Counted from the first letter of the whole stretch, positions 12,076 to 24,628 are shown. The stretch is 60,418 bases of DNA, filler included, from Catajapyx aquilonaris (GCA_000934665.2; 2 parts of 2 records of this genome joined end to end with filler, not necessarily neighbours in it), one strand, 5' to 3'. Translations and numbers: made by a program. The notes: a model not told the origin generated them from the letters alone.

Positions 12076-15000
12076 CTGACAGGAGGCTCATTATCATAGT
12101 AATCATCCTTATTATCAAAGGCACAATAAATTAATGAGATGGGATCAACAGAATGAGATAAAGAACAAGCTAATCCATGAATATAGGATGTAGTCAGTCG
12201 GAATAAGATCATAATTTTAACAAGTTTCAATTTAAAAGCGATTTTTAAAAGCATTAAAATGGACTGTGATGGCTGACCATGCTGTTCCACGCAAGTCCGT
12301 AAATGTGACGGTTAATTTCGACAAGTTAAGCAACTTGTGTACAGTTTTGTATGTTGGAATGTCGAACAATCGTAGTATTCAAGGTGGCATTATGTTGGCT
12401 TCTAATGCAACTTAATATTTCCTTCAACATTTTTTTAAAAATTCTACCATTTCTATAATATAAATTACAAAAAATAGTGTGATACTGATTGTTGTGCAAG
12501 CGGTGACAACTTCGATATTTCTCTCCCCTAATTTTTAACTAATTTTGATACACGATTATTCTTCCGGCTGGACGCCCAACGTAGTAAGAAACATTCAACA
12601 AAAGCATAAAAGTAGAACTTCTGCACTGCTATTCTATATACTGTATGCCCACTGTATAAGCCCATTTGTAGCACCATACAATAATGTTGGCAACAAAATA
12701 ATTATGAAGAGCTTCTGCACGCAAAATAGGACAGGTTCTGGACCAGCTGCAGTCTGAGAAGAGGAAACAGGGGAGAGGGGAGGGGGAGGGGGAGGAAGGG
12801 AACTGGGTGTAGGTTCACTATCCGCAGTATTATTGCGGCGGCATGCTTCAAGTTTTAATTGCAAATACCATGAGCCTAACTGTAAGATCGTGTGTGGTAT
12901 GTCTAGCAGCATTATTTATTACTCCTGTTATGTGAAATTAACTTAATATGTCGTCGCAATTTGAAGACTCCGCTTTCAAAATAATGACAAATACTGTATC
13001 TGCACGGTTATTAGCCGCAAGCTAGCCATTTCAAAGGGAGCATTACGAGAGGGAATCGTATGTTCCGTTTTGCATTACCTGGATATCCATTGTAAATCGG
13101 ATCCATTTGTAAACAAAGTTGATATTGTTATCTGCACATGACGTCACAAAACGTTCGATTCATAATTTAATTTTTAGGTCTTTTAAAATCATATCATAGG
13201 AGGATCTTAGATGAATATAATTTGTTGGATGACTATTGAAATTTCCTAGCAATGAAAGTAGTTAAGAAGGAACCACTGATGTGATTACACTATTACAGTA
13301 TTAACTAGTTCTAAGGCCTGGAACAGGAAATAGACTGAATCCTCCTTACCATAAAAGAGACATATTTCATAATTTAGTGTTTATTTCGAAATGTTACGAC
13401 TTTAGAATACCATTCTCGAGTCCGTACGACACAATTTTTACCATTAAATCGGTTGTTTTTTGAACCTAAAAAGCCTCGTAACAGCACATGGGCTGGTTCT
13501 CTGTCGACGTCCTGTCCTGTACAGGGTGTTACAAAAAGTTCGGAAGTTAGGCGCCTTGTGATATTACAGAAGCAAATTATATTTTACTTTGGTTATCCCG
13601 ACTTAATCGATTTCTTCTAATGAATCGCTCGAATAGCATAAAAATACAGGTAGGTTGATTCTGTAATTAACATCCCTCAAAACCTCAACTTTCAGTTTCT
13701 AAAAACCATTAGATCCTAAAATTGGCTCCATATTTTCATTCTAAAATTTTCCTCCACTATCCTTCGCCCCGTACAAATTCGGCATTCCCTCCATGTATCG
13801 GTCATCCTGCGTCAACACAAGTTTTGGGACACATTTTGAGTGTAGGACGGCAGGGCACAAAATTTGGCCTTGTCCCAAATCAGGTTGGGAATCCCAGAGG
13901 AGAGGACTGGAGATCGATCCGGACCTAGGGGGGAGGGGGAAGGGTATAGGGTATGGCGGGGAAAGTGAGGGAGACCGGACATAGCGCGACTTGGGAGTAT
14001 CCCTGAAAACCACCATCACCCCGAACGGAGTCTGTGGTTTTACTTTTAACTCCCAAAGGTAGAGGGTTTTACAAATGTGTGAGTCAGAATGAATGGGACT
14101 GCTCTGCAACAAAATCTCCTTGGATTGGATTCAGGATTAGGCATCAGGGATGCTTGCTAACCGGGTGATTTTAATCGGTCAGAATCCCCGGACCGCAGGA
14201 TCATTAGTCGTAGCGTTTAATTGGCGCCGAAACTATGGCACGGTTGGCGTGGTCTGCGTTCGAAAAGCGCATTCTGATCGTGACAGGGGAAATCGCTAGA
14301 ATCGAAAATATTATAACATAATGGTTAGCGGTTTGCGCGCTATGCGTTGCCTGCACAGGCTGTATTTATGCTAGGGGAGGGGTGGAAGGCGGGGGAGGGA
14401 GGTGGCAGGTTGGCAGGCGGAGGCGGCGGAGGGAGGGACGGAGGGATGGGGTTAGAGGGTAATGCCCCCGATTCTCCTTTTTTTCTGAGGCACTTATGGC
14501 GCATTGTAGGGAGGAAAAATAGGGTTACCTAATGTATAGGAACCTGGATGAAGGGTATGCGGAAGGAAACTAACTTGTAAGTGTATACTGCAGTAGGTGG
14601 AATGGGACTGATTAGTAAATTATTAAAAAGTACTAGCGCACCCGTAGCCAAAATTTGGCAAAACATGCAATGAGGAAGACAATGGTAATGAAAAAATTGA
14701 ATGAGAGGGCTCGCGGAGTGACAACTAAGAAATAGCGTATAGCTGGTCGTAAGACGGGGTTGAGAAATTGAGTGGCATTGAATGAATGGATATACTGTAC
14801 ACTTCCTGAATCGGACATGAGAAAAGTTTTCATAAAACCTCGCGATAAACACTCTGTTGTTGGAGAGCAATGTTCCGTGTTGAGCAGTAGGAGTAGTGAA
14901 CACTTTGACCTGTCTTGGGTTGCGAGACCGGGACAGTGCAGCTGGCCATGATTGTGAGAAGACAGGTTCATCCAGAGAAATGCTAATGTGCTCATCTGGC

Positions 15001-15226
15001 CCTGCGAGTTATTGTTGATCGTCATGGCATAGGCTGGGATGACACATACACTATAAGACTTTTGGATCCTGATCCAGCAGGCTATGATTAAGGCTAATAA
15101 TAATAGCTGATAATAGCTACTGATACGGGCATATTTGAGTGACGGGGCAACATGAGGGATGGAGTTGCCCTATGTGTAGGTAATAATGCTGTATGGCTTT
15201 ATGATACTGTCATGTCATCTGTTATT

Positions 15227-15509
15227 GGGTGACACGGTGGCGGAGTGGTTAGCGCCGCAGCCTTTTACCTCTAAGGTCCCGAGTTCGATCCCCGGATCGG
15301 ACAGAGTATAATTATGCTTATGTGGATATAGTTTCGATGGGTTCTCTCCGTGTTCGCGTGGGTTTTCTCGGGGGGTCTCCCGTTTCCTCTCACAATCAAA
15401 ATCCATCACAGCAAAGGCAATGATTAAAGTCGGTCAATGAAAAGATGATTCCCTAAAAAGCTGAAGGAGGCTTAGAAGGAGGCTTATCACGGGGTATCCA
15501 TATCTCCAC
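15227..15509 (+). mobile_element. tRNA-derived SINE with V-type central domain
   Basis: A box TGGCGGAGTGG and B box GAGTTCGATCC. V-domain-like GTTCTCTCCGTGTTCGCGTGGGTTTTCTCGGGGGTCTCCCGTTTCCTCTCAC at about 15341-15393. Tail CTTATCACGGGGTA. TSD TGTCATCTGTT at 15213-15223 and 15510-15520. Confidence 0.88.
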
Positions 15510-15656
15510 TGTCATCTGTTGTGGCCCCGCCAGGCAGGGTTCGTCGCCCTGCAGGATATTTTTAGGTAATGCGGAGAGGAAGCGGAGCTGGGCGATTATT
15601 GTGGGTTTCGTATCCGCAACATTTACAGTACTGTCCGTCTTGTGGCGGCGGAGAAT

Positions 15657-15748
15657 TAGTGCCGTACTGACCAAAAGGTGGCAGCACTCCCTTGGCCACC
15701 GCCAAAGGCCGCCAAGGGAGTGCTGCCACCTTTTTGGTCACGGCACTA
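15657..15748. repeat. Short hairpin / miniature inverted-repeat element with TAG...CTA ends
   Basis: TAGTGCCGT..TGACCAAAAGGTGGCAGCACTCCCTTGGC ... GCCAAGGGAGTGCTGCCACCTTTTTGGTCACGGCACTA. No clear TSD. Confidence 0.75.
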
Positions 15749-15831
15749 CTTCTTCAGGCAGCAACATCTGGAGCGTTACAGACGGCGAAAAATATAAGGC
15801 TATTATTATAGGGGGATATTAGCAGTTTGGG

Positions 15832-16266
15832 ACCGAAGCAGGTTGGTGGAGTGGATAAGGTGTTCGACTGCTAATCGGGAGGTGCTGGATTCGAGTCCCG
15901 GGGCAGGCAATCCTAACCGTGGTTTTCTGTGGTTTCCCACGGTCCCCCCAGGAGAATTCCGGGATTGCTTCCTAAATAATAGGCCACAGCCGCTTCCTTC
16001 TTTTCCTATCCTTTTGTCCCGTCCATGAGGAGGTACGGTGTCGGTGGGGAGTTTCTGACCCGCATCTAGGGGATCATCTTGGCGAACGGGCCCCCTGAGG
16101 GACTGCACACGACCCCCAACTTGGCACCAGTGTCCCCCCCCCCCCCCATCATTATCCCTATCCTGTCCCCTTACACTGGAGGAAAGAAAAATAATATTTA
16201 CAAGAAAATTGATGGTGGTGTACCACCCTCCAGCAGGGCCTGTGTAGGCCTCACGAGGTAAACCAA
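15832..16266 (+). mobile_element. tRNA-derived SINE
   Basis: A box TGGTGGAGTGG and B box GGATTCGAGTCC. Central GGTTTTCTGTGGTTTCCC...AGGCCACAGCCGCTTCCTT block. Tail GATGGTGGTGTACCACC...TCACGAGGTAAAC. 14-bp TSD ATTAGCAGTTTGGG at 15818-15831 and 16267-16280. Confidence 0.9.
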
Positions 16267-16412
16267 ATTAGCAGTTTGGGCGATGCCGATTAAGATTATG
16301 TTGCGTACAAAAAAAATTAATGCTGTACATGGTAAATTGCCTGTACAGACGTAAACAAATAGTGCAGCTTTCATTGGGTCGGCCGCAAACGGAGGAAACT
16401 GAGGGAGACCAT

Positions 16413-16624
16413 GAGTACGTTTACATGGGACTAAAAATCGGCCTGACCCAGGCTTCCTTAGCAAGGCCATCGCCTTAGGTAGACCACCTGACCCAAAAGG
16501 CTTGGGCTGCGCCCGACAACGGATCAGATAAGGCCGGTCTATCGTAGGCCCAGCGGCTACATGGGAGTAAACCGGTTCGCCTAGCATAGGCTAGGCCGAT
16601 TTTTAGTCCCTTGTAAACGTACTC
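16413..16624. mobile_element. PIF/Harbinger-type MITE
   Basis: TIRs of about 32 bp, GAGTACGTTTACATGGGACTAAAAATCGGCCT / AGGCCGATTTTTAGTCCCTTGTAAACGTACTC. 3-bp TSD CAT on both sides. Confidence 0.85.
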
Positions 16625-17038
16625 CATGTTTGCGCAAAGCCTTACACTGCAGATGGCACTTCAGGCGCACAGCTTTTCTTCTGGCTTTGGTACGCGCCCT
16701 GACGGCCCAAGGACAGAGAAACACTGTAACAGAAGCGGAAGCACTTGTCTACCTGGGGTGAAATCCGTGGAGTTTATCCTATAAGTAGTCAATCTTTCCA
16801 GAACCTGTTACTATAATATACAAGCTTTCCTATAGTTTAACTATACGGAGTTCCACAAGAGAAGTAAAGAGTCATATAACTTACGTTGCACAAATGATAT
16901 TGATGGCGTCTCACCTCATCAGGCTGAGTAATAAACCTCGGAAATCCTGACTTTGTGAGACGGGTACTAACACTGGATAGATTCAGCAAATAGCCTGCAG
17001 TTCAAGAAGAAATAGCGAAGCCGGTTATATTTTGTCAG

Positions 17039-17417
17039 TTTCAAATGGACAACAAGAAAACTGCTTGAGAGAGACCAGATGGATTTTTTCCCTCGGTATC
17101 CTGTTCACATTTTGGCTGGACATCAAGAGGAAGATGCATTACACCGTGCCCATTAACAAAAAGAGGTCGTCTGTAGCACCTTTTAAAATGCATTTTGCCG
17201 GCACTCATTGCAGAGCACGGCAGGCACAAAGTGCTGCTCAAAGGAACGCAAGAGGACCATGTTTCCAAGAGTAAACCGCTATCGTTTAAGGTAATTCATC
17301 TTGGAGTGCATGTTGATGCTGTGAAAGTGGCACTATATCCCTATTTCATCTTTGCGTTACAGGAAGCCATCCATGTACTGTGTAACACCTTACACCAGCA
17401 AGCTCTTGAATGTAGTA
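17039..17417 (+). pseudogene. Possible two-exon coding relic of unknown family
   Basis: Acceptor ttttgtcag, then a frame FQMDNKKTA*ERPDGFF...GRL*HLLKCILPALIAEHGRHKVLLKG...PLSFK, donor GTAATT at 17291, acceptor tttgcgttacag, then EAIHVLCNTLHQQALECSN and GTATGT. Two in-frame stops. Confidence 0.3.
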
Positions 17418-18214
17418 ATGTATGTTCAAATAATATATCTGTTGGTGTACAGTACATACAAATCAGTTTTTATGCATATGCATCATAATCCTGAAATTCA
17501 AAACGATCATAGTCACATTGGAATGGTTTTGAGACATGAAAGGTAAGTCTGAAGCGTTATCCCTTACGGGATACACTGTCTACTGTATACATTTCCATAA
17601 GGGACTGTAATTACTTGAAAAGAAACCTGATATGACCATCAGAAGGTAGCACAAGACGTGTGCTACCTTCTGATGGTCATCAGGTTTCTTGTAGGCATGT
17701 AGGGCATTGTGTAATGTGGTCCTTGACTTAGTTAGTCAAGGACCACATTACACAATGCCCAAACCAATTTTGACCATAATGGGATCTGATCGTCCTTATG
17801 GCCAATTGCAGCATGCGAATCCCATTTATTTTTTGCACGTAATTTTTCATTATTTTGCTGGCTGAAAGGTTTGTTCCTTCCACTGCAAGTAACAAGGGGT
17901 GGAGCAAGATGCGCCTTTAACCTCATCATGGAGCAATCAATAGTATTTTTTTGTGTCTTATGCACACTAAGTTATACACAAAATAATGCAATAAGATCCT
18001 GCTCTTAGTTATACGTATTTCTCTGAAGTTAACCACTGCAGTGGTTAATTTCAGAGCAGTAGCTGCCTGCTTCATTCGTAAAAATGTAGCTTTACTGCAT
18101 CGTCATTTACATATTACGCACTGCGCAGACAACATTTATTCTATGCACACCTCAAAGAGGCAACTGCATTCAATCATACCTGCACTTTACTGTACAGCAG
18201 ACACATATACTGTA

Positions 18215-19102
18215 CAGGGTGATCTACAAAGAATGGGCGGATTTTGAAACCCTATAACTCGAAAACTTGTAGACATATCTATATCATTTAAGTCAGGGGT
18301 TCCCAACCTGGAAGTCGTGGCCCCCCAAGGGGGCCGTGGAGCAGGTCCAGGGGGGCCGTGAGAGGCATTGTACCATATTTGCATCATATTTGATGTTTTG
18401 TATTAATATTGTGGGAATATTTCTTGTATTGTTTGGCTGCTTCATTAAAGATGTTTGGCTGCTTCATTAATGATTTATGCATGCGATGTTACTTTTGCAA
18501 GGAGAAATTTTAGGTCATTTGGGGGGTCGCGGGTGCAAAAAGGTTGGGAACCCCTGATTTAAGCTTTTATATGCTAAGAAATGTCTAAAGTTTTGGTATT
18601 GCTATAGTTTGTTTCAGTTTCAGCTCCATTTGTAGCTCGAAAAATGTAAATACGGTCATAATCGGTGCCGTGCCTAACCAGCTCAGACGTGTCTGGCGTT
18701 GCTGAAATCTAATTCCGTCTGTGCTGCGGATATTCTGGATCTTTTCCCCATACATGTATCTCCACAAATTTCCTAAGCCAGGTTTGTTTCATGGATGAGG
18801 CGACTGTTTGTGTGCATCATCAAGAACAATGTGTATAGTGTAAATACCCATCACCTCCAGCACCTACGGGATAGGATCGCAATCGTATCTTCGGATATAA
18901 TTGAGCGGGTTTGGCACGAGACCGAATATCGTTTTTTAAATATTATGTCGAGCGAAAAATGAAGCTCATATCGAAACAAACTAAGGTGAGATCAAAGCTT
19001 TAGCCCTTTCTTAGCATTTCAAAACCCAAATCATTAAGATATGTCTGCGAGTTTTTGAGTTATGAGGTTTCAAAATCCGCGCATTCTTTTTCGATCACCC
19101 TG
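18215..19102 (+). mobile_element. Internally deleted Tc1/mariner-superfamily transposon
   Basis: TA-flanked long imperfect TIRs CAGGGTGATC..AAAGAATG.GCGGATTTTGAAACC. Transposase relics FLSQVCFMDEAT (first catalytic Asp motif, about 18768-18805) and IKNNVYS...LQHLRDRI...IERVWHETEYR...CRAKNEAHIE (C-terminus, about 18819-18983). Confidence 0.88.
18294..18556. mobile_element. hAT (Charlie-like) MITE nested in the left TIR of the Tc1/mariner element
   Basis: TIRs CAGGGGTTCCCAACCT / AGGTTGGGAACCCCTG. 8-bp TSD ATTTAAGT / ATTTAAGC. The host TIR resumes after the insertion. Confidence 0.9.
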
Positions 19103-19294
19103 TATGTATATAAATGGCATCGTACAGTGTAAATCACTCTCCCTAGTTTTGTAAAACCGATTTTAGAAGTAAATAATTACTTTAACTGCTGAAAATTTTA
19201 AATCGTTGAGAAGACATTTTCAATTCATTCCATTTCTGTAAAGTATAAAAATGTCAAACTTACATTAGGCTTACTTAGTGATTTGGGATTGTTA

Positions 19295-19990
19295 GGGCCG
19301 GTTGTATCAACATGAGTTAAAACGGGAGAAAATCATAGGTTTTGGAACCGGAGATTTTCAGAAAACTCCGGCATGCGCTGTATCAACAAATCTCAGGTTA
19401 ACTTAACCTGTGGTTTGAAAACTTGTACGATTACCTCAGGGCCCCTTCCAAGTCCGTCAGTCGCATTGGATACGCGACACAGTCAACATTCGAAACATGG
19501 TAGCTAACATAGACGAGGGAGCCGCTATGTTTGACATTGGCGCCGGCTGGTTACCATGGTCACGAACCTCAGAAGTGTTATATCTGCTGCTGGGCGAAAA
19601 AAAAGCTGCCGTGCCCCCCCCCCCCCCCCCCCCCNCCCCCCCGACCCTTTCCAGCCCTTTACCTGGGCAGTGTCGCCCCGATGTCGTTCCAAGTGTACGC
19701 CCCGCTCCTTTGTGCAGGCCCCGGCTACAATTTCAGAGGTATTCCGTGCCTATTCACCTGATAATACGCCCAAAAACGACTAGATAAGTTGAAATACGGC
19801 TGCGTTCGAACGAGAAAACCACAGGTTTTTCTCCTTAACGCGAGAAAATCGGGAGGTTAAAGTTCACCCGAGATTTAACTGCAGGTTTTCGAAAACTCGC
19901 GTTTGTGATACAACGAGTTTGTTGTTAATCACGGATTTTCTGCCTAGTAACCACAAGTTTTGAGAAAACTTGCTTTGATACAACCGGCCC
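19295..19990. mobile_element. PIF/Harbinger (Tourist-like) non-autonomous element
   Basis: 16-bp TIRs GGGCCGGTTGTATCAA / TTGATACAACCGGCCC. TTA TSD at 19292-19294 and 19991-19993. Subterminal tgtatcaac / gagttaa repeats. Confidence 0.9.
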
Positions 19991-20691
19991 TTATTAGTGT
20001 GCATTGACTGCCAAAGGCTGATAAAAAACTTCCCGTGTTTCTTCGATGATAGCGGATATAGATATTTTCTTAGCAAAAAAGTACCAAGCCACACTTCCCA
20101 TATGATTCTATATTGTTGCTTGAAATTTTAATGTTTTGTAGCAGAAACGCCGGTAATCATCATTATTTCGGGTTAGAGACAATATTATTTTTTCATAATA
20201 TTATGGATTATTATATTCAGGATTCAAATCCGGGCCAATTTAGGTAAAAATAATATCACGCATGAAACATATTAAGTATGAAATGTAATAAATACGTAGA
20301 ATACTTGCAGACCATGGTTGTATGTACAGTACTGTACGTCAGTATATTAACCCTTCCATAGCAGCAGGCGTCAATGTTCACTGCCGCCTGAGGCTTGCAT
20401 GATTCTGCAAAACTCCCTAATGTTACGCATATTTTAGTACACTATACTGTAGCCTATGATTTTTTTAAAAAAAAGTAAATAGCCGGCTGTAATATGAAAA
20501 TTTATGTTGTGGCGAATACTTCCCGCCACTAAACCTGGACGTGTGGTCATGAAAACTTTACCTGCACATTTTTTATTTCAGAGTACAGTACTACCTAATA
20601 GCAAGCAAATGAATGAAGTGTGTAGTGGGACACCTGTATCCATAGACCTGTATTACGTACTACGTCAATCATGTACAGTACCTTAGGTCAT

Positions 20692-20702
20692 AACAACAAC
20701 AA

Positions 20703-20748
<46 letters not shown>

Positions 20749-20949
20749 TTATCCCAAAGCCTCTTAGGAGATCCTTTATTTTTGGTAGTGGAAGGAAACG
20801 AGAAATCCCCAAGAAATCTCACGAAAGCATGAAAAAAAAAACCCCCATTGAAGCTCTTTCCACGTGAGAAATTCATCTGTCCGGTCTGGAGATCGAACTC
20901 GGAACCTTAGAGGTGGAAAGTTACGACTACCCCATTCTGCCACTCTGCA
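20692..20949 (-). mobile_element. Diverged V-type tRNA SINE with (CTG)n(TTG)n tail
   Basis: Minus strand shares ACCTCTAAGGT.CCGAGTTCGATC.CC.GA.CGGACAGA with the SINE at 15227. Degenerate V block. 3' end GGGATAAC followed by the microsatellite seen as (AAC)n(CAG)n at 20692-20747. Confidence 0.8.
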
Positions 20950-21957
20950 AGGTTACATGAGAATTTCATGACAGTTAGTACTAAACAATTTCAACAACTG
21001 TGATTTTTGCATAATTTGGTGACATTTTTTTCTCCTAGAAAACTTTAGGGAAAGAACGTAGAATTTGGAAGTAATTTTCGTGCAGTGCACTGGAACAATG
21101 TCGACAACATATCACTATTGTATTCCATAAGTCCTTGAGAAACTTAGTTGTGAAAGAGAGATGGCATAGCTGAGTCTTGCTTACACCTGCGTTCATGTAA
21201 CTTACTTATAAGTTCAAGGCCTGTACTCTTGCAGTATTTGCACAGTATTCCACTATTCTGGGAGATCATTCTGGACTGTACTGCCTTCAAAAGCATATTC
21301 GTCATTGCTGGTCTACATCAACATCTTGAGCATAATTATTCTATAATAAATTACCAGGTGATCTGGCGAAATTAAAGGTTGGATAAAAACGTAAGCACAA
21401 AAAAGACAAAAATAGACCCAATAAATTGAAAGATAGTATTTTATTAATTCGACCTGCATACCTTCTCTTCAGAAGAAATGACAAAAGAAAAAAGCCTGCC
21501 ACGATTTTGCAAATCCGAACATCCTCTTATTTTACCTTTGAGAATATATGAGTACTCAGTACTACACATACTCTAGTATTTCATCTGTTTTATTTTAGCC
21601 TCCTTGTGAATTTACAATGGCTCCAATAAAAGTACTTGATTCTCTTACAGAATCATTCCAAAACGAACAAACATCTTTGTATACGGCCCATAAAGTTCCA
21701 GAGGGACATGAGGACAGCGTGGGTCAGTGCTTCACAATATTTTATACCGCAGTTTATGTGGCAGTCTGTACAAAAACTGGACAAAGAGAGTGTAATATGC
21801 TCAATTGTAGTCTATCACACAGAGGTGGTGGTAACTAACATCAACTACAAAAAAAGAGAATGATTGACAATAATAAAGGAAAATATAAAATTCCAGGCTA
21901 ACAAATAATCAAATTAAGTCCCAAAATATTGTCTTGAAATTTTTGCCGTGAATTATT

Positions 21958-22121
21958 TGAGCTCCCCCGGGTGGTTTATGTCAAGGATCACCACCCTAGA
22001 CGTAGCCAGAGACGACCCAAGTCTGCACGAGATAAAGGGGGGAAAGCCCTGGCTGGGGATCGAACCCGGGACACTTATATCCGTGGGCGCATACGTTACC
22101 GCAGCGCCACTACGTCTCCCT
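21958..22121 (-). mobile_element. tRNA-derived SINE, 3'-truncated (head possibly from tRNA-Arg ACG)
   Basis: A box TGGCGCTGCGG, B box GGTTCGATCCC, CCACGGAT at the anticodon position. Clearly homologous to the copy at 42715-43050. Confidence 0.85.
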
Positions 22122-24287
22122 GATAATTGATATGTGTGAATATTTCTGTTGCGCATTTTAAGAGGTTTCAGGACGCCATAACGGTTTTTTCCTTGCGCTG
22201 CATCGCTTAACATTGTTGCATTACCTTATGTGCCAATATTTCACATGTGGCCAAAAATAGAGAGTATAAGTGATCATGTGCCTGATATATGTACTATAAA
22301 TATCCACTCGTATGTGCTGTACAGGCTGTGGTGAATGATCACCACAGTCTACGTAGAATAGGCAGCCTTTAATGAAAATCAATTGGAAATACTTTTAAAA
22401 TAAAGTGGGAAAGTTTTCACTCGAATTTATAATATTGTTAATAATGTACAGTAATATAGGAATCTGGTTTGCATCACAAGTTTCTCGACTTACCAGGTTG
22501 AACTGGTTCTGGGTTATCACTCATCATCTAGCAATATCGTAATACAATATTACTGTATATTAGCAACCATCACATACTGAGAGAGTATCATTATAGAACC
22601 CTATGAAATAACTGGAGCAATTTGGAACCGAATCAGGTCCAGTTTCAAACTTGTTCATTACTGTATAGGAGTAGTCCACGCAGGCCAGCTGAAAATCAGC
22701 TCAACTCTCCAGTTCCATGTGTGCAAATGGCCAGCCTCTTTCTTTTCGCCCTCCGCACACAATGGCTGCACAATGGGTAGCTGCAAAACGAAGTATGTTG
22801 CCAGAATGCAATATTGGAGAGGTGAGTTGGAACAATCTACTCTATTCTCTCCAAGCAATTAGCCACAGATTGGCGGAAAGCGAGACTATGTAGGCATGAA
22901 ACGATCTAGGGGACATTGTATACGTCACAGTGACATATGTTAACTATGGAATAGTGCCAAGAGAGTATACGGTAGGACTATAAGTTATGGTTCTTCCAAA
23001 TTGTGTAAAAAAATGCAACAACGACGCGACGGTGCTATTATGACGAAGAAATAAATTATTGCTTTTCTCAATTTATATCAAGTAGGCCATACTTATTAAA
23101 TCAGAAGTTATATATGAGAGTAATGACCAAATTATTTATTTTACGTCATAATATGGAATCATATTTTCATACCGTGTTAGCCAATAGCATGCCGATTAAG
23201 TATTTGGCCTGCTGAGAGCCTGAAACCCTGGAATGAATATCTAATAGAAGGTTTGTAGTGATCTTTCTTACATTCCGTCAATATCGAACATTCGCCTATA
23301 TGTGCGGGCAGAAAAGGCTGCCGTCACAATCGAAGTTTAACAGCCAATGTTCAAATCTCTCAATGCCCTATCACAACCACTACTTTCAAATGGCAAAGCC
23401 TTTTTCACTACAAATATTGAAAATGAAAATATTATTGACTCAGTTTCATTTACTGCATAAAATGCTAGCATACTGCTGCTGGAGGAAACTTGGGATAGAC
23501 AAACGCAAATCATGTACAGAGCTTTCTATATTACAGTATTTGATATTTTCAGCTCGTAAAGTAAGTAAAAAGTAACTGCTAAAATATAAGCAGCATAGTG
23601 TCAAAAAATCTCCTATACTTAAGTGGACATTTCAATTGGATCGCCATGATATTATATTTTATTGCTCTCTTGTTATATAGTTGAAGTGTGACATGCATGA
23701 TGCAAATCAACCTGTATACAAGTGGCTGTTGCCAGGTACTGTTTTCCTCATTGGCTGATTCACTACATGTTTGTTAGCAACAATAATCTTATTAACGAAA
23801 CATTGATAACATGCCCTAAGCCTTCGGAGGGCAATCTAACTTTAGTGTTGCAACCAGGCCTTACTCATATCGTCGCTCAGTATTTCTCGCAAAATTTCAA
23901 CTGAAACATTCAACAGTAATTGAAATACCCATACTATACATTAATAATGAGACAAACACAAATCAGTTATTTTACCAAAAATTTCCCTATGTCATTTCCC
24001 TTAGAAAATACCAGTCCATCGTATTTTCCTCTTCAGTTTATGTACGAGCTGACTGCCTTACCACAACTCAGCCTTAATTACATGCTCATGTTTTGGCGTT
24101 AAATACAACTCTTCTCTCTCTTTTTCAGTTTCTGTATTACAACCACACCTCAAAAAGAGCTTCCGCCAACGGTTTCTGCTGACGGTAATATCACCTACGA
24201 TCTTACAAACTTCCCTTTTCGAGAGCAGGGACGGTATATTCCCTAAATTAATTTCAGTGTTTATATATTAAATTTTAAAACTATTTC

Positions 24288-24628
24288 GGGGGAGGTGTAG
24301 ATGGCCGAGATGGTAACGTCTCGGCTTGCTGAGTGAAAGGCCCCAGGTACGATCCCTGCCTGGGGAGTTTTCCTTTCATCTGCGTCAGGAGGTTCTCTGA
24401 CCTGCACCAAGGAGGTGTCTGGCAACCTAGCCTCCTGGGGAACAGCACATGACCCCTTTATAGACCTTGCACTTGCACCCCATGTTCCCTCCTAAAAAAT
24501 CCCTATCCTTATACCCATGTCCCTGTCTCCTTGCACCGGTGAGCGAAGAAAAATAGTACACAGTTACTAGAAAACTGATGGTGGTGTGCCACCCCCTAAC
24601 AAGTCTCCGCCTTATCACGGGGTAACGT
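24288..24628 (+). mobile_element. tRNA-derived SINE
   Basis: A box TGGCCGAGATGG and B box GGTACGATCCC. Tail GAAAACTGATGGTGGTGTGCCACC...CTTATCACGGGGTAAC. Near-exact TSD of about 18 bp, AAATTTT(T)AAA(A)CTATTTC. Confidence 0.88.

Noticed and set aside
13520..13560. TACAGGGTGTTACAAAAAG Tc1-like terminus
   Set aside because: No inward-facing partner end was found. The CACCCTGTA motifs near 11705-11746 face the wrong way.
14221..14240. TGGCGCCGAA primer-binding-site-like motif
   Set aside because: No preceding LTR ending in CA and no gag/pol remnants are recognisable downstream.
15227..15300. Functional tRNA genes (also at 15832, 22050, 24288, 39350, 42980)
   Set aside because: A and B boxes are present, but I could not fold complete cloverleafs. 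Each continues into a SINE body, most with a tail and TSD.
20688..20876. Poly-Leu / poly-Gln ORF
   Set aside because: It is the translation of the SINE microsatellite tail.
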